DNA of 64,000 nucleotides from the human T2T-CHM13v2.0 reference genome, Homo sapiens: the NCBI RefSeq assembly GCF_009914755.1, contig NC_060930.1, one strand, 5' to 3'. The notes beneath the pieces are model-generated. The model did no database searches. It saw only the letters and a list, made by a program, of their open reading frames with translations, and was not told where the DNA came from. Shown here in pieces: positions 55,608-64,000 of the stretch (the stretch's first letter is position 1; every line of letters starts with the position of its first letter). A program made the position numbers and the translations under genes.

Positions 55608-56231
55608 GCTTTATTCATGACAGAAAAATAATTCTGGAAAGAACCAAATGTCCACTAAGATAATGGATAAAGTATAGTATACTGATACCAGTAAAAAAGA
55701 TGATTCTTTTACACACACAATAAGGATAAATATCACAAATATTGTTTGGGGCTAAAAAGACAGATACAAGAGACTATATACTGTATGATAATATTAAAAA
55801 GTAAAGAAAAAGCAAGAACTAATCTATGGTGATAGAAGTCACTATAAGGGTTCTCTCAGAGTAGAATGTTATTGACTGGGTTTGGATATGGAGGAGATTT
55901 CTGGGTGCTTGAAATGTTTCATACCTTGATCTGGGTACATTCAGGTGTTTATATATAGACAGAGTCTGTTTCATATATACTTCGATCCGGGTACATTCAG
56001 CTGTTTATATATAGACAGAGTCTCCTCATATATGATAATATAGTATATAGTCTTTTGTATCTGTCTTTTTAGCCCCAAACAATGTTTGTCATATTTATCC
56101 TTATTGTGTGTGTAAGAGATTCATTCTTTTTTACTGGTATTGGTATACCACAATATACCATATTTTATCCATTCTAATGTTAGTGGATATTTGGTTCTTT
56201 CCAGGATTATTTGTCTATCATGAATAAAGCT
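55607..56231. repeat. Inverted repeat: arms ~55607-55787 and ~56037-56231
   Basis: agctttattcatga...tgtttggggctaaaaagacagatacaa is the reverse complement of ttgtatctgtctttttagccccaaaca...tcatgaataaagct. Confidence 0.93.
55925..56034 (+). repeat. Tandem duplication, period 56
   Basis: gatc(t/c)gggtacattcag(g/c)tgtttatatatagacagagtct at 55928 and 55984. Confidence 0.92.
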
Positions 56232-56303
56232 GGTTATAAATTCTTGTACATGTCATTTAATGGACAAATTCATCCCACAAACTTTGCTATATAGTATTTT
56301 GAT

Positions 56304-56405
56304 TGTAATTCAGATTTCAGTGTTTTTAAATGCGCATTCAAATGTGTTTTAAATGTGTGTAATTCAGATTTCAGTGTTTTTAAATGTGCATTCGAATTTT
56401 TTAAA
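56304..56405 (+). repeat. Tandem duplication, period 54
   Basis: tgtaattcagatttcagtgtttttaaatg(c/t)gcattc at 56304 and 56358. Confidence 0.92.
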
Positions 56406-56765
56406 CACATGAGTTGTTTGTATGTGTGTATATACATGTATATATTTGTATATTTATACAATATACATATTTACATTTACAAACATATTTTGTTGCTGTT
56501 TTTAGTTATCTGCTTTGTTGTTCATTTCAAATCTAATTGCATCATGAACAGAAAACATGATTTGAATAATATGAATTTCTTAAAATCTGTGGAGACTTAC
56601 TTTATGATCAATTGCTGTAAATGGCTAAAGTATGCCTGAAAAGAATGTGTATTCTCCATTTGTTTAAGTATATTGTTTGTCATATATCCTTTACATCGTT
56701 TTTTTTTATATCATTCAAATCTTTTATATTTGTTTCAGCTTAATGACAATGAGAGAGGTATATTA

Positions 56766-57102
<337 letters not shown>

Positions 57103-60090
57103 CTATTTCTCCGAATTGTGTTAATTTCTGCTTTATATAATTTGAAACTCTTCTATTAGGCTTTTACAAGTTTAAAATGATTATATCTTTGATGAATTCA
57201 ACTTTTACTGAAACCTCTGTGTTTCTATGTCCTCATCTGTGAAATGGAGATAAAATGTATTTCATCAAGTTTTAAGAGGATTGAAATAGTTAATGTTTGT
57301 AAAACTTATAATCTTGTCTGAGTGTTATATATCTTTGGTGAATATATCATCATCTTTCTATATCTCTAGTAATACTTTCTTCTTTGAAGTCTGTTTTTAA
57401 TATTACATTATAAACATGATTTCTTTTGTTAGTATTTACCTGGTGCAAAATTTTCCGTCCTTATACCTTCACCTTTGCTGTGTCTTAATGTTTTAAGTGA
57501 GCACCTTATAAACAGGATATAGCTAGAGATCTATGTCTATGTCTATGTTTGTATCTCTATATATTTCTCTACCTTTTTGGGTCTAACAATCAATGCCTCT
57601 TTATATCGATTATTAGAGCTGTATTTACATTCACTTCTAGGATGTTATTTTGTGTTTTACAGCTGTCATTTACTTTCTTTTCTCTCCTTCTTCACTTTTT
57701 GTGATTAATCGGCTTCATGTAGTCAATCATATTATTACTCTTCACTTATTTCAATTTCTACTCTTTTGTGGTTAATGATATTTTTTAAAGTGTCAGAGAA
57801 AAAACTGTTAACTTAGATTGTAAAACTCCCTCTAAAGACCAAGATGGAAATAAAAAGAAGTTTAGACAACAAAACAAAACATTATTAGAATTTTATAATC
57901 CATACCCAGCCTAACAAAATCTAAAGTTAATCAGGATAGTTTTACCAATCTCCAGAGCAATACATGGAGCTCAAAATGCTTTTTCTGCCACCTCACTGTT
58001 AATATAGGATAATAAAACGATACTTGTCCAGTAGAGAGCTGCATATTGTTTCGAATAACTCCACAAATTAGACAGAATATGTATTTAAATTTACATATAT
58101 GTTTACCAATCTATTTGCTCATCATTTTTTTGTGTGTGTCATCCGTTTCTTCTGGAAACATTTTCCTACTTCCTTTAGAAGTTCTGAGAGTGAATACATT
58201 TTTATTTTGTTGTCTAAACTTCTTTTTATTTCCATCTTGGTCTTTAGGCGTAATTTTACAATCTTAAGTTGACAATTTTTTTTCTCTCACACTTTAAAAA
58301 TGGTATTCTATTGGCTTATGGCTTTCACGATTTCTGTTTAAAAGTGGGATAATTGTCATAATCTTACATGGGATCTGTTTTTCTCTTTGACTACTCTTAA
58401 GATCTTTTCTTTGTGTTTTGTCTTCCATTTTATTATGATGTGACCAGGTTGGGTTTGTCTTTTATTTATCCTACTTGATTTCTATCGTGCTTAATGAATA
58501 ATACATGTTTTGTCTCTCATCAATTACAGAAAATTCTCAGCTATTTTTAAAATATTGCCTTTCCTCCATTGCTTTGTTCTTTTTCTATAATTCTGAGTAA
58601 GCATGTTTTAGACTCTCTCATTCTTTGCTCTATGACTTTTAACCTTTCTTTTTCATTTTCCATTTTGATTGTTTCTCTGGGCTGCTCTGTGCTCAGTAAT
58701 TCCTTCAGCTCTATCTTCCAGTTCACTAATTATCTCTTCAGCAAAATCTAACATAGTTCAACAATTAATGTTTTAATTTCATTTTTTATATTCATAACAT
58801 AAATTACACATTTCATTGTATTATTATATTTTATGTTGTATTTTCATGTATATTATAATGTTTCCATTTCACTGTTACCATTTATATATCTTTTTTACTT
58901 CTAAACATTTTATTAAGTTATTTTTCAAACTCACTGGTTAAATTGATAGTCTCTTCTTTGTTATATTTTAAATTATATCTTATATTTCTTTATGTGTAGA
59001 GGAGAGAGAGGCAGTTTCTGGTGAAAAGTGGAAAACCTGCTAGACAAATTATAAAAGAGCCATAACATTCATATCTTATACTTCTTAAAACATTATATAT
59101 GTGTTTTTTTGTTCTGTGCCTGTTAAGTCCACTATCTAATATCTTTTAGGTTTGATTCTTCTGTTATTTCTCCTGGTTCTTGCTTATGTGCCATTGTCAT
59201 TCATGTGTATTATAGAGTTTTTTTTGTTTTTAAATAAACCTTTCTAATTAGACCTTTATTCATGGGAATTACTTGAGGCTTGCCTTGGGGACGCATTCCC
59301 TCTAATAGGTTTTGTATTTGTTCTTGCAAAGTCCCTGGGGCATCTCTAGCCCTGGATCATTTTTAACTACTTGTTTGGCTCTGGATTTTAAAAATATCAT
59401 TACCTAGAGAAGGCTGGCTAATGGAAGGTCAATGGACTAACTTGTAGATGAAGAGGATTGAAAGAGGGATTGTTAGGTCCATATCAAAACCCTAGCTATG
59501 TCATATTCAACTCGTTTGCCAAAACCATGGGGATTTTATTTTATTTTTTTACCACAACAGTTGTTGTAATGTTATCCAGAAATTTTCAAGCTCTGTCTTC
59601 TTTTCTTTTTCTCTCTTTCCATTCCCAACATCAAACTGCACCCTAAGAGAACACAACATCAGAATACTGTAGGAAACAATCTAGTGAAATGTTTAGGGCT
59701 ACTTTCCTCATAGTTCTAGGAAATCTCCTTCATCATCCCAAATTGTTAGCATACTCTCTCCTCTTCCAATGCGTATACTGCTTCTTGCTTATATCATTAA
59801 TAACGCCTTCCTCCAGCACTATTGGATTAATGTATATCATATAGGTAGCTATGTGTGTGTGTACATAAATATATATATGCATATTCTTTCTTTATAGCTA
59901 ATCTATAATGTCCGACAGTCAATGATCATGTCTCTGTAGTTGTATATACTTCATCATTTTATACACTATTCCAGATAAATCAGGCATTTAGGAAAAGTTT
60001 GCTGATTAATTGGTAGTCCATCTCTGCCAAATCTAGGATCACTCTGTGAGCATCTACATTCACACTTACATTACTTTGCATGGTTCATAG

Positions 60091-60417
60091 TGATATTGTT
60101 TGGCTGTGTCCCCACCCAAATCTCATCTTGAATTTCTACGTGTTCTGGGAGCTACCCAGTGGGAGGTAATTGAATCATGGGGGCAGGTCTTTCCCATGCT
60201 ATTCTTGTGATAGTGAGTAAGTCTCATGAGATCTGATGGTTTTATAAGCTCTCTCTTTGCTGACTGCCATCCATGTAAGACGTGAGTTGCTCCTCCTTGC
60301 CTTCCACCATAATTGTGAGAACTCCACAGCTATGTGAAACTGTGAGTCCATTAAAATCTCTTTTTCTTCCCACTGTCAGATATGTCTTTATCAGCAGCGT
60401 GAAAATAGACTAATATA
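60091..60417 (+). mobile_element. THE1B-like solo LTR
   Basis: tgatattgtttggctgtgtccccacccaaatctcatcttgaat...gtctttatcagcagcgtgaaaatagactaata. Confidence 0.9.
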
Positions 60418-62809
60418 ATATGCTTGTCTTGCTAATTTGATCTTTCTTCTTGCAGGCTGTCTTTGCTTCTTCTCTGTTCCAGCCCTAATCTACTAACACT
60501 ATTTTTGACTTCACCTTTTTCAGAACAATAAGGTCTTCTGGACAGCATATATCTCAGTCATAAAAATCCATGAGATTTAACCTAAAATTAGACTATCTTT
60601 TATTTCAAGTGCCTGATTTCATTAATCTTGACTTTGTGCCTTAGATTCAGGCAGATGAACCAGTGCTTTCCTTTTAACACAAAATCATAAAAATAAAAGA
60701 GAAAGGACCTTCATAAAACCAGGCACCAACCTGGATTGCCAGGAACTTGTTTGCCTTTCTATTCCTACAGCCTTGTGATATCACTGAACTCTCAACTGCA
60801 TGTTTTACACTTTGGCAAATTTAAGGATCTATCCTGTCCCTAAGACTAGGGCACATATATGTCCTAAGCATATATGGAGCTCTAAACGGTACTCTACTGG
60901 CATTGTATCATGCTGCTTTGCATCCTGATTTTAGCAAATGAAAGTGTCCTTTTTTTTATCTCATGCCTATGTCCCAGATTCAGCTCATTGATGGCCTGGT
61001 ACTTCTTATTTCTCCCAGTGTGGTTCTTGTCCATATGGAGGCTTGCTGTTGATTCTCCCCGATGTTGCCTATCTTCCTTGTCTCCTCCTTTTGATGAGAG
61101 CTTGGCTCCCTGCTGATAATTTGCTCCATATCTGCACATACATCTGTTCTCTAAATTTACTTGTCACTGTGCCTCCCATAGATTTCAAATAGGTTGCTAC
61201 TTATTAAAGGCCACTTATCCCCAAGCTGATTCCTAACACTTTTAAATTAGTTAAGGAAATACAGACAAATGATACCTACTTTGCTTCTAAACTTTGAGTT
61301 GACAGAGTCAGTATACCTATGCTTTAGGCAGCAGAGATGAACATCCCTGGCAATGGATGATCTGACTGTGTTACAGGTATGGTTAGAATCAGAAACATCA
61401 ACTTTTAGGGAACATATATTTTAGATACATAACAGTGTCATTAAACAAATATCAAACAATACCCTAACATCTGCATAAGCTTCCCATACTTCTGTGGTGT
61501 TAACTTAGTTTATTTGCCTAAATTGCTTGTAGGGTACAATAAGCTGTACCATATAATAAAAGTTATAATAATGCCACTAGAATTGGTTTTCATGCGGTAT
61601 TAAGATTGGCCAATAAATCTCTGTAACCATATTTTAATCCTCAGATTGCTAAAGAAAGCCATCCTGGAACCATCACCTCTGAATTCTTACTCTTTAAAAG
61701 GATGGAATCAGTGTAGAGAAAACAAAAGTAGATAGAAATATATTTTCTACATATAGTATTTGGCAGGAGTGGAGAACAATCAGTATGAAACCTCTAGTTT
61801 AATACTTACTATTACACATATAAACACAATACCAAACTTTTTAGCAGCAAAGAAACATATTAAAATCAATATTGCACACAAATATGTATTGCGCCAAAGA
61901 AAATGTCAGATGAAAAACCTGTGGAGATCAATATTAGGGACCAAAAATTTCCCATATTGTCTCTATGATGTTGCTGCTAAATAAAGAAATTTGTATTAGT
62001 GACATTGACAATGTGCAAGACTTTCTCATTAAAGAAACTCCAGCTTAATAAGTACATGTTACAGTATTGGATTTTTTCCAACCTTCTCCCCTCCTTTTTT
62101 GGCATTTACTCATGTAGGAGATTATGATACATCTGTCGAGTATGACATGTGTTAGCTCCAGCCTGGGTGTAGGAACAGGAAAAGGTAAGTCTGCAGCGGT
62201 GGCAGCCTTGATAGAAGGAGGGTGGCAGCCTTGAGTGTGTGTATATATTGGTAACATTTCTAGTGTGCCACTGAGGAAAACAAAAGAGAAACATAATTTC
62301 ACCCTACAGGATTTATTTTTCCCTGCATAATAAAATTAATATTTTCCCCTAATGTCCTCAGAAGTGTTACCTAGTCTCCCTATCTCCTATCCAGAAGTAG
62401 CCTCGTATGTCTGAACACAAACCTTGTTAGATAATAAAGTCAGCTCAGATATGTATATTTCTGATTGCATCTCCATCAGAGAACAATTTTGCATTGAGAT
62501 ATGTTTCAAAATTTTAGCGAAGTTTTGTATATCACTATTTAGAGTGACTCCCAACATCTTTCTGCATGATGATGATTAGGCTCATGAAGTAGGCACTCTA
62601 TTACCTATTGTTCCCTGCTCTGTTGCTCTGGCAAAACATCGACATCAATCATCAACGTCATGTTGATAACTCCTTTATGTAATTACCCATCTTTCTAGAA
62701 GGTCTGAAGAGATATCTGTACTACTTATTAGCCACAAGATCAAGACAGGCCATTCAACCTCTTTGGCCGTGTTTCCTAATTTGGAACATGCACATAATAT
62801 CTGACCTGC

Positions 62810-62892
62810 ATGCTTCGTGGGCTATAATGATCAAATAAAATGATAGTCGGAAAAGTGGTTTTTAAAACTGCAAAGCCCTGCGCAAACATGAA
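62810..62892 (+). mobile_element. MIR/MIR3 core fragment
   Basis: gatcaaataaaatgata...aaactgcaaagccctgcgcaaacatg. Confidence 0.5.
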
Positions 62893-64000
62893 AGTGTCTT
62901 TCAACATGGTACCCACAGACGTGGAAATACATGAGTATAACTCTGCCATTGGTGGCCTGAGGCAACAATGAGAATTCTGCATCAAGGTCCAGATCCTGTC
63001 TAGCAACAGTGAGCTTTAAGCCCCAGTGCAGACAGCTGGCCAGGATGAGTTTTATCAGTGCTAGATCGGTCTTATTCTTTCAGTGTATTTTGTGAGTTCT
63101 TGACCTCACGTGCCTGAAAACTGCCCTTGCTGGGGAGTTGTTAAAAAGCTGCTCTGGCTTTTTCACTCTCAGAATTGTTCGATGAATGAATCCAACATAG
63201 CCAGTTCTAACCTATCAAGAAATAAATTTGCTATCATTTAAATATGCAAAATTAGAAAAAAAGTCTTCCTTAAACACATTTTCAAATCATGCTGAAAGAG
63301 ATTTATAATTTGACAAGGATGTGTGAATCTGGGTTCTGATGTTCAGAAGTAGAAATAAAGCAATTTTCAGCCCACGTTGTAAAAACTAGAGCTTCGCATC
63401 CCCCATTGGAAAACTGTCCTTTGTCTTTCCCTATCACCATAATTAACTAGTTCCTATTCATTAAACAATGAAACAGACAATTAAATAGTAATAATAGTAC
63501 TTTAATTATGAAGGTATTGTTATCTGCATAGAATGTGGAAAGGGAGATCACTTTAGCTGCATTTAAAACATTTGCTTGTCTGCTTTTTAAATACAGAAGA
63601 AAAAAGTGCTCATAATTTCAGAGCCTCTAACAGGAAAAAGGACAGAATATATACCCTCAGAAGGCCATTTTTGATAAACAGGAGTCACATGTATTAATGG
63701 ACTAAGCATTGATTAAGACACGTGCATTTGTAACATGCATGCTTAGTATTTTTTCAAGAGGCATCTTGAATAGTCCTAAGAACCATCAGCAAGTATTTTT
63801 AGACACAAGGATGCATGGTGAAGATGAAAGTCCTGTGCATGATGACTTTCAGAGTTTGTTGAGCACCATGATTCTTGGGTTAAATCACTTCAAACTACTC
63901 TTTAACTTGCCTTTTCTTTTTTTCTTTGAGTTGAGTATGATTTTGATGCTAGAGTTGGCTCTAGTATCACTATTTTATGTTTTGATACAACTGAATAAAT

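Overview
AT-rich, CpG-depleted primate (almost certainly human-like) non-coding DNA, intergenic or deep intronic. I find no recognisable host protein-coding exon, RNA gene, CpG island or CRISPR array. Much of the window is transposon-derived: at least 10 Alus, old L1M/L2/MIR fragments, five THE1 LTRs, MST/MLT1/MLT2/MER4/MER54-like LTRs and MER5/MER45A/MADE1 DNA-transposon relics. There are two proviral remnants. One is a truncated HERV-L (MLT2A LTR plus dUTPase). The other is a structurally complete ~6.9 kb MER61-like ERV1 provirus with both LTRs, a tRNA-Ile PBS, a PPT and a target-site duplication (TSD), carrying nested THE1 and MADE1 insertions. All listed ORFs except the HERV-L dUTPase remnant look like chance or repeat-derived frames. 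The signals that repeat annotation does not explain are rearrangement scars: a ~180 bp local sequence copied 2.8 kb downstream into a MER4 LTR, and an inverted duplication plus two ~55 bp tandem duplications in an L1 at 55.6-56.4 kb. I see no convincing evidence of a new biological system. Subfamily names come from recalled consensus sequences and need Dfam/RepeatMasker confirmation. Boundaries of old repeats are approximate.
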